DNA of 58,865 nt from an uncultured Actinomycetota bacterium (lineage in GTDB: Bacteria > Actinomycetota > Humimicrobiia > Humimicrobiales > Humimicrobiaceae), in NCBI GenBank assembly GCA_964354265.1, contig CAYGYY010000001.1, positions 1-58,865 on the forward strand. Direction: 5' to 3'. Numbering within the stretch: position 1 is the stretch's first letter; each line of letters begins with the position of its first letter. Of the stretch, positions 19,882-30,111 are shown one piece after another. The position numbers and the translations under genes were made by a program. The notes beneath the pieces were generated by a model that did not search any database, was not told the DNA's origin, and saw nothing but the letters and a program-made list of their open reading frames with translations.

Positions 19882-21069
19882 TCAAATTATTTCAAGAAAT
19901 GCCTGTATCCTTGTCTTTACCTGTCCGGAAGAAAGGTTTTTATGTTCTATTTCTAAAAATAAATTAGGGATATTTAATCCGGAAAGCTTTTCTCGAAGTA
20001 AAGGGTAAAATAAAAGGGTATTGTCGCAGAACTTCTGGCTGATAAATATCACGCCCTTTATATTATTCTTTTCAATGCTATTAATTATTTCTGAAATCTT
20101 GCTGCCAAGGTCAGCCATCCTCATGCATTGAGGCTTATAAAGGTACCTTACAGCAATATCCCTTATATTTTTTGTTATGGCAGATTCTACTCTTGAGTCC
20201 AGGAGAAAGCCAAGCTCTGCTGGCTGAGTAATATTCTCAAAATACCTGCTTGAATTGCATAAATCTTCTGCAGATATCATACAGCCAGGCTCATCAAAGA
20301 TTTCCCAGAGCTTTTCGTCATTTATAAAGTTTCCTATTATCATAATTTCCGGTATAGGACTTCTGCCCATAAAGCCTGGCGCATGGCTGTTTACACTTTT
20401 TCCAGCTGCCGGTTTCTCTTTTATTTTGTATTCCAGGTCCTGTATGTAGTCCCTGATATATTCTATAAATCTGTCAGGTTCTTCAGTCATGGCTCTTTCA
20501 AGGATTTTATGGTAGTTGCGTATGCCGACAAGTTCCTGACGGTTTTTATAATAGTTCGACAACTTTTTTAAAAGCATCCTTTTCTCACTGGATGACTGTA
20601 TGGCCATTTCAAGCAAATGCTCATCGATTCTTTTGCCTGTAAGGTTTTCTAAAAATTCCATCATATTGGATATGCTATCCATAAAATGTTCGATAGCCAA
20701 CTCATTTTTATTTCTCGGCACATCAAGCATAAATGAAGGCAGTTCGGGTAAGTATTTTTTGCATGTGTCATAAAGCCTCCTCATTCCATCACAGGAATTA
20801 GTAAATATAATTCCTTTAAAGTCATAAGATGATGATAATATGTCTTCCATTGACGATTTTATAAAAGGACAGAAATTAATCGGGAAATAACCTTCTGCCT
20901 TTAAAGCCTTTGCATTTCCTATTATTCTTGAAGGATACAGGCCTGCAGCAATTATTATTTCTTCGGGTGTATAAGTGCAAAGCCACCCGATCTTTTCTTT
21001 ACCTGCCATAACGTCACGGCTGTCATTTTCAGTTTGTGGAAGCACTGAAGTTTTTCCCTCTGTTATCAT
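19882..21069 (-). CDS. 2-hydroxyacyl-CoA dehydratase family subunit (HgdB-like D-component)
   Basis: 395 aa. GWLCTYTPEEII, FCPFIKS, TNSCDGMRR, KFCD and C-terminal TRIQAFLE. Confidence 0.85.
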   Translation of the reverse strand: MITEGKTSVLPQTENDSRDVMAGKEKIGWLCTYTPEEIIIAAGLYPSRIIGNAKALKAEGYFPINFCPFIKSSMEDILSSSYDFKGIIFTNSCDGMRRLYDTCKKYLPELPSFMLDVPRNKNELAIEHFMDSISNMMEFLENLTGKRIDEHLLEMAIQSSSEKRMLLKKLSNYYKNRQELVGIRNYHKILERAMTEEPDRFIEYIRDYIQDLEYKIKEKPAAGKSVNSHAPGFMGRSPIPEIMIIGNFINDEKLWEIFDEPGCMISAEDLCNSSRYFENITQPAELGFLLDSRVESAITKNIRDIAVRYLYKPQCMRMADLGSKISEIINSIEKNNIKGVIFISQKFCDNTLLFYPLLREKLSGLNIPNLFLEIEHKNLSSGQVKTRIQAFLEII

Positions 21070-21106
21070 TTATAAACTTTGACGGTTATGAAATTTATTT
21101 GCTAGT

Positions 21107-21685
21107 TTATTGTTCCGGTATACCTTCTTTTGAAAGGACCTGCTCATTTCTTTCAAAATCTTCATAAATGCCTACATGACCCCAGAAATCTTCAATATAC
21201 AGGCCCTCTATCTGTCCGGTCTGCTTCCCTTCGACAGTAATCCTTACTTTCTGGATTTCTTCAAATTCTGTAAGTGTATCCACTATTGAGAAAATAGCAA
21301 GGATTTCAGTTGTCGAACTATGGGGAATCTCTGTTGTATTTGTGATGATTTCATGAGAGAAATCTGCAATTGCAAGGCCATTATCAACAATTACCGAATA
21401 AACCACTACATCAGATGGGAGTGTAGGGTAAAGATTTTCGCTCTCCGGACCCTTGACCAATTCTTCAAGTACATTCTTGTAAAGATCAGCGCTTTTTATA
21501 ATCTGTCTTGTTTCCGGGCTAAGGAATGCCTGGTTATCCTCATAATTTGCAAAATAAAGCTTTACTTCGATTTTAGGCGTACAGCCTCCAAATACAACTG
21601 ATGATGCCACAATGAGCAGGACAACCAGTATTGCAGCAAATATTGCCCTGTAACCCCTGACTGGATATTTTTTTAAATATTTCAT
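21107..21685 (-). CDS. GerMN domain lipoprotein
   Basis: 192 aa. Signal peptide with Cys (VFGGC), and the GerMN pattern LEELVKGP...VDTLTEF..V.ITVEG. Confidence 0.75.
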   Translation of the reverse strand: MKYLKKYPVRGYRAIFAAILVVLLIVASSVVFGGCTPKIEVKLYFANYEDNQAFLSPETRQIIKSADLYKNVLEELVKGPESENLYPTLPSDVVVYSVIVDNGLAIADFSHEIITNTTEIPHSSTTEILAIFSIVDTLTEFEEIQKVRITVEGKQTGQIEGLYIEDFWGHVGIYEDFERNEQVLSKEGIPEQ

Positions 21686-21860
21686 GTTCTTTTTCCCCGC
21701 ATTCCCGTATTATTATATTTTAATAAAGTTTTATTAATTACATTATATTTTAAATTCTACCACCTGTACCGCAAGTTGTTAATTTCTTATTATTATTAAA
21801 TAAAGAGATCGACTTCAAAAAAACCTATAATAAAGGCTCTATAAATAATTTATAAAAAAT

Positions 21861-21890
21861 TTGACAAAATTTTTATAATCAATATATAAT
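21861..21890 (+). promoter_or_regulatory. Near-consensus sigma70 promoter upstream of the RRM protein gene
   Basis: TTGACA (21861-21866), an 18 nt spacer, then TATAAT (21885-21890). This predicts a 5' UTR of about 110-120 nt. Confidence 0.55.
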
Positions 21891-22009
21891 AAGTTCTCTC
21901 TTTCGCGTAATGATATTTTAATTAAGAGTGAGTTTGTTGCTAATTGATGCCTCTTGAAATGAAATATTATGAAGGTTAGGGGAAAATCATAATAAAAGGA
22001 GGTAAGGAA

Positions 22010-22279
22010 ATGCAAGGTAACAAACTTTATGTAGGCAATCTAACCTACTCTGTTACTGACGAGCAATTGGAGAAATTATTTTCCCAATATGGCGAGGTAA
22101 AAGAAGTCAATCTTATTGGAAGCAAGGGATTTGGCTTTGTAGAGATGGCCACCAATGAAGAAGCTGAAAAAGCTAAAGAAGCTCTGGACGGCTATGCATT
22201 CGAAGGTCGTAATATGAAGGTAGATGAAGCAAGGCCTAAAAAAGATAAACCCATGAACAGAAGCTACAAAAGATATTAA
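22010..22279 (+). CDS. RNA-binding protein, single RRM domain
   Basis: 89 aa. RNP2 LYVGNL, RNP1 KGFGFVEM, and a strong AGGAGG SD. Confidence 0.9.
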   Translation: MQGNKLYVGNLTYSVTDEQLEKLFSQYGEVKEVNLIGSKGFGFVEMATNEEAEKAKEALDGYAFEGRNMKVDEARPKKDKPMNRSYKRY

Positions 22280-22291
22280 ATTGATATTTTA

Positions 22292-22318
22292 AACGGGAAC
22301 ATTGCTTTTTGTCCCGTT
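22292..22318 (+). terminator. Possible terminator hairpin after the RRM gene
   Basis: AACGGGA pairs with TCCCGTT, 13 nt loop. The downstream T-tract is poor. Confidence 0.35.
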
Positions 22319-22341
22319 CTTCAAATTTAATTCTAAAAAAT

Positions 22342-22403
22342 AAGTGATTTGCCCGGATTTTTATATATTTTATAATCATCCTTTGTGGCAAATCACTTTT
22401 TTT
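22342..22403 (+). terminator. Long-stem hairpin with flanking A and T tracts (possible bidirectional terminator or structured RNA)
   Basis: AAGTGATTTGCC (22342-22353) pairs perfectly with GGCAAATCACTT (22387-22398), 33 nt loop. It is followed by TTTTT and preceded by AAAAAA. Confidence 0.4.
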
Positions 22404-22542
22404 ATAACAAAATACCTCAAATAATAAATAAGACACATAGAATATATATCGTATAAGGTTAATATGAAGATATTTAATATAACAGCCATGTTTTACAGGG
22501 TAAAAGAAATTTTTTTATAGAATAATTAAAGGAAGGCAAAAA

Positions 22543-23325
22543 ATGAAGCATAATAAAATAAGAAAACTGCTACTTACAGTTTCTGTGACAGCTCTGGCCA
22601 TTATTTTTGGGCTGCTCTTTACAGGATGTCTTGCAACAGAGTTTCCTGAACTAACTAGCGCAGCAGAAGGTAGTCCTAATGTCATACAAAACACAATCTC
22701 TGTAACAGGAGAGGGACAGGTAAAAGTCCTGCCCGACGAAGGCTTTGTTGATATTGCAGTCATTGTCGAAAAACCTACTACCCAGGAGGCAGTAGATGAA
22801 AACAGCAGGATCACCCAAGCCGTTATTGATGCTGTAGAAAAGATAGATGCAGAGAATTTAAAGCTGGAGACAATAAGTTATGACCTGTCACCATTATATG
22901 ATTATTCTCAGGAAAACCAGCCTCCAAAAATATATGCATACAGGGCTACGACTATAACTAAAGCCAGCACAACGGACCTGACAAAAATCGGTGAAATAAT
23001 TGCCACCGCCACCGGGGCAGGCGCCTCGTCGATTTCTTCAATTGGTTTTGACCTCAGTGATTTTGCAAAAAGTGATGCCAAGAACAATGCTATTGCAGAA
23101 GCCACCAAAGATGCTGAAAGCAAAGCAAAAGCAATTGCAGATGCAATGGGGCTTAGAATCGAAAAAGTCCTTTTTATTTCGGAAGGCATGACATCCTTTC
23201 CGGGACCGGTATATGCAGCAACAGCTGAAATGAAGGCTGAAGACCAGGTAATGGCGCCAACTATATTTCCGCAGGAAATCGAAGTCAATTCTTCAATAAG
23301 TGTAACTTATTACTTTGAAAAATAA
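22543..23325 (+). CDS. SIMPL (DUF541) domain lipoprotein
   Basis: 260 aa. Signal peptide with LFTGC, and ISVTGEGQVKVLPD is typical of SIMPL. Confidence 0.85.
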   Translation: MKHNKIRKLLLTVSVTALAIIFGLLFTGCLATEFPELTSAAEGSPNVIQNTISVTGEGQVKVLPDEGFVDIAVIVEKPTTQEAVDENSRITQAVIDAVEKIDAENLKLETISYDLSPLYDYSQENQPPKIYAYRATTITKASTTDLTKIGEIIATATGAGASSISSIGFDLSDFAKSDAKNNAIAEATKDAESKAKAIADAMGLRIEKVLFISEGMTSFPGPVYAATAEMKAEDQVMAPTIFPQEIEVNSSISVTYYFEK

Positions 23326-23393
23326 AAATTCCAGTCAGGAACAAGTATTTAAACAGGGGTTATTAAAATAATCCTATTTGAAAGAAATAAAAA

Positions 23394-23424
23394 ATATGGC
23401 ACTCCAAGAGGGTGCCATATTTTA
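23394..23424 (+). terminator. Rho-independent terminator after the SIMPL gene
   Basis: ATATGGCAC (23394-23402) pairs with GTGCCATAT (23412-23420), followed by TTT. Confidence 0.7.
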
Positions 23425-23612
23425 GTAAATGGTTATATTGTATAATTAGTAAATTAGAAGATATTAAAATTATCAGGCATCATTTAAACAGATTGTATGA
23501 AGAATTTATAAAAGATGGTAAACTTGTCCGAAATTGCCCAGTCCAGACATTATAAGGGCAGATATAAAAAATAAATATAAATTTTTTAAGTTGGAAGAGT
23601 TGAGGTTCAGCA

Positions 23613-24287
23613 GTGGGGGTTAAGCTTTTTTTAATCAGGCATGGCCAGACTGAAGGCAATGCGCAGGGAAGATACCAGGGTTCACTTGACACGCACCTGA
23701 CAGAGGAAGGAAAGCAGCAGGCTATCTGCGCAAAAAAATACCTTTCAAATGTAAGATTTTCAAATATATACTCAAGTCCCATGAAAAGGACGATGGAAAC
23801 TGCAAAGATCATATCAGACGGTACTACCCATGATATAAAAGTCAGGGAAGATTTGCGTGAACTTAATTTTGGAAAATGGGAAGGCTTGAAATTTGAGGAA
23901 ATAAATGAAAGATACAGGCAGGATTACCAGAACTGGCTGAATGACCCTTATGCGAGTCCTCCTACCGATGGGGAGAGTTTTTCTGCTCTGGTATTAAGAG
24001 CAGACAATGCATTAAAAAAAATAGTTACCGAAAATCCTGACGGAAGCAGCGTAGCAATAATAACACACGGAGGCGTTATTCTGGCATTGATTGTAAATTG
24101 GCTGCAGATACCGTCAAAATGCTGGAGATCTCTTATACAAAGGCAGGGCGCAATCAATGTAGTCGTTATTGACAGGGGGTTTCCATATATTTCTTCCCTG
24201 AACTATACAGGACATATAAAACCTGTGTATGATGACAGCGAAGACAGGGTAATAGAACTCTACAGCAAGGTAAAGGACGATAGATAA
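23613..24287 (+). CDS. Histidine phosphatase family protein (phosphoglycerate mutase / CobC-like)
   Basis: 224 aa with a GTG start. LIRHGQTEGN catalytic motif and ITHGGV. Confidence 0.85.
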   Translation: MGVKLFLIRHGQTEGNAQGRYQGSLDTHLTEEGKQQAICAKKYLSNVRFSNIYSSPMKRTMETAKIISDGTTHDIKVREDLRELNFGKWEGLKFEEINERYRQDYQNWLNDPYASPPTDGESFSALVLRADNALKKIVTENPDGSSVAIITHGGVILALIVNWLQIPSKCWRSLIQRQGAINVVVIDRGFPYISSLNYTGHIKPVYDDSEDRVIELYSKVKDDR

Positions 24288-24371
24288 TGTAAGGCTGTTA
24301 ACTGAACCTCAAACGGGTAATGAATTTTTTTTATTGTAAAAATACCACAGATAAATAATATCGAAAACTTT

Positions 24372-24401
24372 TTATTGCATATTGTTAACAATTGTTATAA
24401 T
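24372..24401 (+). promoter_or_regulatory. Putative extended -10 promoter of the rpsF operon, overlapped by a 12 bp palindrome
   Basis: TGTTATAAT (24393-24401). Weak -35 candidates are TTATTG and TTGCAT. The perfect palindrome ATTGTTAACAAT sits at 24381-24392. Confidence 0.45.
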
Positions 24402-24517
24402 ATCCCCATCGGAATACTTTATAGTTGAAAAATTAAATATTGTGACTATTGGTTTTCCTTCTGTCCTGTATATCCAGGGCCTAATTTTTAAAGGAATTTT
24501 AGTCCAAAGGGGGAAAT

Positions 24518-24820
24518 TTGGTGAAAAACTATGAAATGATGCTGATCTTTAATCCTGAAATGGATGAAGGTTCAGTAACTGCAGAGATTTCAAAAATTAC
24601 TACCGTTATAGAGAAATCCAAAGGAAACATCCAGAGAAACGAAATCTGGGGTGTTAAAAAACTTGCATATCCTATTAAACACCAGGATAACGGCTTCTAT
24701 ATCCTTCTTTATTTTAACTCAGAAACTTCAGTTCTACCCGAACTGGACAGGCTGAATAAGATAAATGACAAGATCCTCAGGCATCTCATTGTAAAGACCG
24801 GTGAGAGCCAACTAAAATAA
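24518..24820 (+). CDS. rpsF: 30S ribosomal protein S6
   Basis: 100 aa, YEMMLIFNP pattern. The start is TTG 24518 or GTG 24521, after an AAGGGGGA SD. Confidence 0.9.
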   Translation: MVKNYEMMLIFNPEMDEGSVTAEISKITTVIEKSKGNIQRNEIWGVKKLAYPIKHQDNGFYILLYFNSETSVLPELDRLNKINDKILRHLIVKTGESQLK

Positions 24821-24859
24821 TTTCAGGATTATTAATTTTTAGCCGAAAGCGGTGATAAC

Positions 24860-25312
24860 ATGGCTATTGGAGTTAATTATATTACAGTAGTAGGGAACCT
24901 GACCAGGGATCCCGAGCTTCGATTCACACCAAATGGCACACCAGTTGTAAGTTTTGGGGTTGCAGTAAATAAGAGAACCCAGAATAAAGCCTCAGGGGAG
25001 TGGATAAATGAAGCTGACTTCTTCAATGTCGTTGCATGGTTTAAACTTGCAGAAAATTGTGCGGAAAGCCTGGGAAAAGGCGACAGGATACTTTTGACGG
25101 GGAGACTGTCACAGGAAAGCTGGGACGATAAGGATGGCCAGAAGAGGTCTTCTTACAGGATAATTGCAAATGTAATTGCGCCCAGTCTGGAGTTTGCAAC
25201 CTGTAAAATAGACAGGAATCCCAGAGCTGAAATGGGAACGGGTCCGTTACCCGGCAGGGAGGAACCGATTGAAGAAGATATTGATTTCACAAGCGATGAT
25301 ATACCATTTTAA
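24860..25312 (+). CDS. ssb: Single-stranded DNA-binding protein
   Basis: 150 aa. OB fold (GNLTRDPELRFTPNG) and acidic tail DDIPF. Confidence 0.95.
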   Translation: MAIGVNYITVVGNLTRDPELRFTPNGTPVVSFGVAVNKRTQNKASGEWINEADFFNVVAWFKLAENCAESLGKGDRILLTGRLSQESWDDKDGQKRSSYRIIANVIAPSLEFATCKIDRNPRAEMGTGPLPGREEPIEEDIDFTSDDIPF

Positions 25313-25351
25313 ATTATATTCGAGTTCAAATCTGTAAAAAGGAGTTTTAAG

Positions 25352-25636
25352 TTGGGAAAAAGAACAAACAGAGAAAAAGAAACAGAGAGGAAGGGGTCTC
25401 CTTCAAGTTCTTCTGCAATGAATCTCAGGCAGAGAAAAAGGTACTGTTATTTTTGTAAAGAAAATGTGAATTATATAGATTACAAAAATGTTGCTGTTTT
25501 AAAAAAATTCATTTCTGATAAGGGCAAAATCAGGCCAAAGAGGTCTACTGGAAATTGCGTCCAGCACCAGAAAATGATAGCCGATGCAATTAAAAGGTCA
25601 AGGGAAGTAGCCCTTATGCCGTATTATCGAAGATAA
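25352..25636 (+). CDS. rpsR: 30S ribosomal protein S18
   Basis: 94 aa. TTG start 7 nt after an AAGGAG SD. YCYFCKEN..IDYKNV..LKKFISDKGKI. Confidence 0.9.
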   Translation: MGKRTNREKETERKGSPSSSSAMNLRQRKRYCYFCKENVNYIDYKNVAVLKKFISDKGKIRPKRSTGNCVQHQKMIADAIKRSREVALMPYYRR

Positions 25637-25663
25637 AAACCAATTAAAAAATTTAAGGCTATT

Positions 25664-26659
25664 ATGTCTTTAGAGTCCTTTGACAATATAAATGATGCAG
25701 GCCCAAAAAAGGTAAATATTGTTTTTATGATTCTTTTAACGTTTGCTGCGCTTGCTGCAACGGTTTTTTTACCTTTTTTTGGATTTGTAGGGCTTGCTTT
25801 CATGCCTGTTCCTGCAGCCCTATTGATATCTTTAAAAAGATACAGGGACGCGCTGATCTGTGCAATTGCTGGTATTATAATCATGTTTATTTTTAATTAC
25901 CTGCTTGCGATTGTACTGATTGCTGCGATTGCAGCTATTACCTTTTACTACAGGTCAATATTAGCTAAAAACAGGAAAGTAATATATTCGATACTTTGTA
26001 TTTTCGGGATTTTTGCAGCTTCAATATTACTGTATCTGCTTATTGATTCTGCAATATTTAATCACAACTCAGTTAAACAGATGCTTTTGACTTATAATGA
26101 TTATGTTAAGAGCATTGCAAGTGACCCGGTACTTGATTATTACAAGAGTCTTTTTCCGGCAGACAGCACACAGATGGAAGCTTTATTGAAGCAAACCCAG
26201 GAAGTCCTTCTTTTCATTCCAAAGCTTGCTCCTGGGCTTCTTATTGTTTTTGTCGGGCTTTCAGCAGTTTTTAATTATTATTTCACGTTTTTATTTTTTA
26301 AAAGAAATGGAGTCGCGATTGAACAACCTGCAGCATTTAAGGAATGGGATATTCCATGGTATTTCTGCTGGGGTGCAATTGCAGGCATTGTCTGTGTTAT
26401 TGTTCCGCAATTTAGCAGTCTATATGATGGGATAATCGATATAATCGGTTATAACCTGCTCATAGTATTTGGTTTTTTATACCTTATGCTGGGGGCTTCG
26501 ACTTTATGGGGATTGCTGGAAAGGTTCAAAATAAGGAATGCTATTAAGATATTTATACTTGCTATAATTTTTTTGTTTTTTGGTTTTATAATAGTTTTAC
26601 CTGTTCTGGGGCTTATAGACATATGGGCTAATTTTAGAAAACTTAACAGGGGTCAATAA
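25664..26659 (+). CDS. yybS: YybS-like membrane protein (DUF2232)
   Basis: 331 aa polytopic membrane protein in the conserved slot between rpsR and rplI. Confidence 0.7.
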   Translation: MSLESFDNINDAGPKKVNIVFMILLTFAALAATVFLPFFGFVGLAFMPVPAALLISLKRYRDALICAIAGIIIMFIFNYLLAIVLIAAIAAITFYYRSILAKNRKVIYSILCIFGIFAASILLYLLIDSAIFNHNSVKQMLLTYNDYVKSIASDPVLDYYKSLFPADSTQMEALLKQTQEVLLFIPKLAPGLLIVFVGLSAVFNYYFTFLFFKRNGVAIEQPAAFKEWDIPWYFCWGAIAGIVCVIVPQFSSLYDGIIDIIGYNLLIVFGFLYLMLGASTLWGLLERFKIRNAIKIFILAIIFLFFGFIIVLPVLGLIDIWANFRKLNRGQ

Positions 26660-26672
26660 AAAGGAGGATAAT

Positions 26673-27185
26673 TTGAAAGTTATACTTACAAGAGATTATG
26701 AAAAATTAGGCAGTGCAGGGGATGTTATAAATGTAAAAGATGGTTTTGCAAAAAACTTTCTTATACCCAATAATATAGCGCTTCTTGCTACGCAGGGAAA
26801 TATAAACCAGATGGAAATAGTTAAAAAATCCCTCATCAAGAAGGAAGCAAAGAGTATCGAAGAAGCTAAAAAAATAGCAGAGATAATCGATGGCATAACA
26901 ATTACAATTAAAGTCAATTCAAGTCCTGAAGGAAAACTCTATGGCTCAATCACCACTAAAGATATAGCTGAAAAGATCCTTGAACTGAAAAAAATAGAGG
27001 TTGACAGGAAAAAAATCGATCTTGAAGAGCATATAAAGGAAGTGGGCACATATGATATCATTGTACGGCTTTATAAGGAAATAAAGGCTGCCATTAAATT
27101 GGAGATAATCAGCGACGATTTAGTGATTCAGGAACCTGAAATAAGCCCTGTAGATGATGAGAAGCCCGATGCCGAAGAGGTATAG
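26673..27185 (+). CDS. rplI: 50S ribosomal protein L9
   Basis: 170 aa. TTG start after an AGGAGG SD. MKVILTRDYEKLGSAGDVINVKDGFAKNFLIP. Confidence 0.95.
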   Translation: MKVILTRDYEKLGSAGDVINVKDGFAKNFLIPNNIALLATQGNINQMEIVKKSLIKKEAKSIEEAKKIAEIIDGITITIKVNSSPEGKLYGSITTKDIAEKILELKKIEVDRKKIDLEEHIKEVGTYDIIVRLYKEIKAAIKLEIISDDLVIQEPEISPVDDEKPDAEEV

Positions 27186-27302
27186 TCATAAAGATATAAT
27201 AAGCTTCAATTAATATATTTTCTAAATTATTTATTAAATTGCAGTTATATATTTTTGTAAGAAGTTATAAAATAAAAAAGTAACTAATATTATTTTTTCA
27301 AT

Positions 27303-28706
27303 ATGCAGAATCAGGTAAAAAAGACTTCACGACTGTCACCACTTGATACAAGCAAGCTGGATAGAATACCTCCATATAATCTTGAGGCAGAGGAATCAGC
27401 TCTCGGTTCAATGCTTATATCCAGGGAAGCAGTAATAGCAATACTGGAAATACTTGCAGAAGAAGACTTTTACAGGAAAGCCAACCAGGAGATATTTAAA
27501 AGCATAAAAGAATTGTTTGCGATGGGCGAGCCGGTGGATACAATAACCCTTGCAGATTATTTACAGAAAAAAGGACTGCTTGAAGAAGTAGGGGATAATA
27601 CATATCTTCATTCCCTGGTCAGCAATATGCCTCTTGCTGCTAATTCAGAGTATTATGCAAAGATAGTAAAGCATAATTCTGTACTTCGAAAGCTCATTTA
27701 TGCAGCCACAGAAATAGCGGTAATGGGTTATGAGGTTCCAGAGGACCTTTATCTTACTGTAGACAGGGCTCAGCAGCTTATTTTTTCCATATACCAGGAT
27801 TTAAATAATGACATAAGGAACAGCAAGTTTTCTATTATAAAAGATGTGCTTTCAGATGTTTATGAGCAAGTTGCTAGTCTTTATGAAAAAAAATCAAGAA
27901 TAACCGGAGTTTCAACCGGTTTTATAGATCTTGATAAAAAGACTTCAGGACTTCAGGAATCTGACCTGATAATAATAGCCTCCAGGCCCGGCATGGGCAA
28001 GACGTCTTTTGGCCTTAGTATTGCAAGGAATGCAGCAATGATAGAAAAACTTCCTGTAGCTATTTTTTCTCTTGAAATGTCAAAACAGCAGATCGCCCAG
28101 AGACTTATGTGCTCAGAATCCAGGATAGACCTCCAGAGGCTGCGGTCAGGAAACTTGCGCGACGATGAATGGCCTAAACTTGCAAGGGCTATTGAGAATC
28201 TTGCAGAATGCAAACTATATATTGATGATGCTGCGTTCCTTACAGTAATGGACCTGCGGTCAAGGGCAAGAATGCTGGCAAGTACATATGGTATCAAACT
28301 TATAATAGTCGACTACCTTCAGCTTATGCAATCAGGAACTGATTACAGGGAGAACCGCGTGCTTGAGATCACTGAAATATCAAGAAACCTAAAAAGCATC
28401 GCCAAGGAGCTCAAGGTACCTGTAATTGCAATATCCCAGCTATCCAGGGAAGTTGAAAAGAGGGATAAAAAAAGGCCGGTACTTGCAGACCTGAGAGAAT
28501 CTGGAGCTATTGAACAGGATGCGGACCTTGTATTGTTTATTTACAGGGATGATTATTATGATGAGACCAGCGCCGAAGCGGGATTTGCAGAAATCAATAT
28601 AGCCAAGCACAGGAACGGTCCAACCGGTACACTAAAACTAAAATTTTTCAAGGAATATACCTTGTTTGTAAATGCTGCAAAAGCACAGGATGAAGAAGCA
28701 GAGTAA
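27303..28706 (+). CDS. dnaB: Replicative DNA helicase
   Basis: 467 aa. PPYNLEAEESALGSML, Walker A SRPGMGKTS and IAISQLSR. Confidence 0.95.
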   Translation: MQNQVKKTSRLSPLDTSKLDRIPPYNLEAEESALGSMLISREAVIAILEILAEEDFYRKANQEIFKSIKELFAMGEPVDTITLADYLQKKGLLEEVGDNTYLHSLVSNMPLAANSEYYAKIVKHNSVLRKLIYAATEIAVMGYEVPEDLYLTVDRAQQLIFSIYQDLNNDIRNSKFSIIKDVLSDVYEQVASLYEKKSRITGVSTGFIDLDKKTSGLQESDLIIIASRPGMGKTSFGLSIARNAAMIEKLPVAIFSLEMSKQQIAQRLMCSESRIDLQRLRSGNLRDDEWPKLARAIENLAECKLYIDDAAFLTVMDLRSRARMLASTYGIKLIIVDYLQLMQSGTDYRENRVLEITEISRNLKSIAKELKVPVIAISQLSREVEKRDKKRPVLADLRESGAIEQDADLVLFIYRDDYYDETSAEAGFAEINIAKHRNGPTGTLKLKFFKEYTLFVNAAKAQDEEAE

Positions 28707-28759
28707 TGATAAATATCAAAAAATGATGAGATTTAGTATAAAAGAATAGGGGTGTTTAA

Positions 28760-30091
<1,332 letters not shown>

Positions 30092-30111
30092 CAGAGAAGG
30101 TGGGTCACTAA

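Noticed and set aside
23425-23612. 188 nt leader before the CobC-like histidine phosphatase, examined for a cobalamin riboswitch
   Set aside because: It has no B12-box-like core (no GCCACTG-type element) and only a trivial 5 bp pairing.
25324-25332. T-loop-like GTTCAAATC between ssb and rpsR, checked as a possible tRNA
   Set aside because: The intergenic gap is only 39 nt, so no cloverleaf is possible. No tRNA-like structure was found in the other gaps I inspected either.
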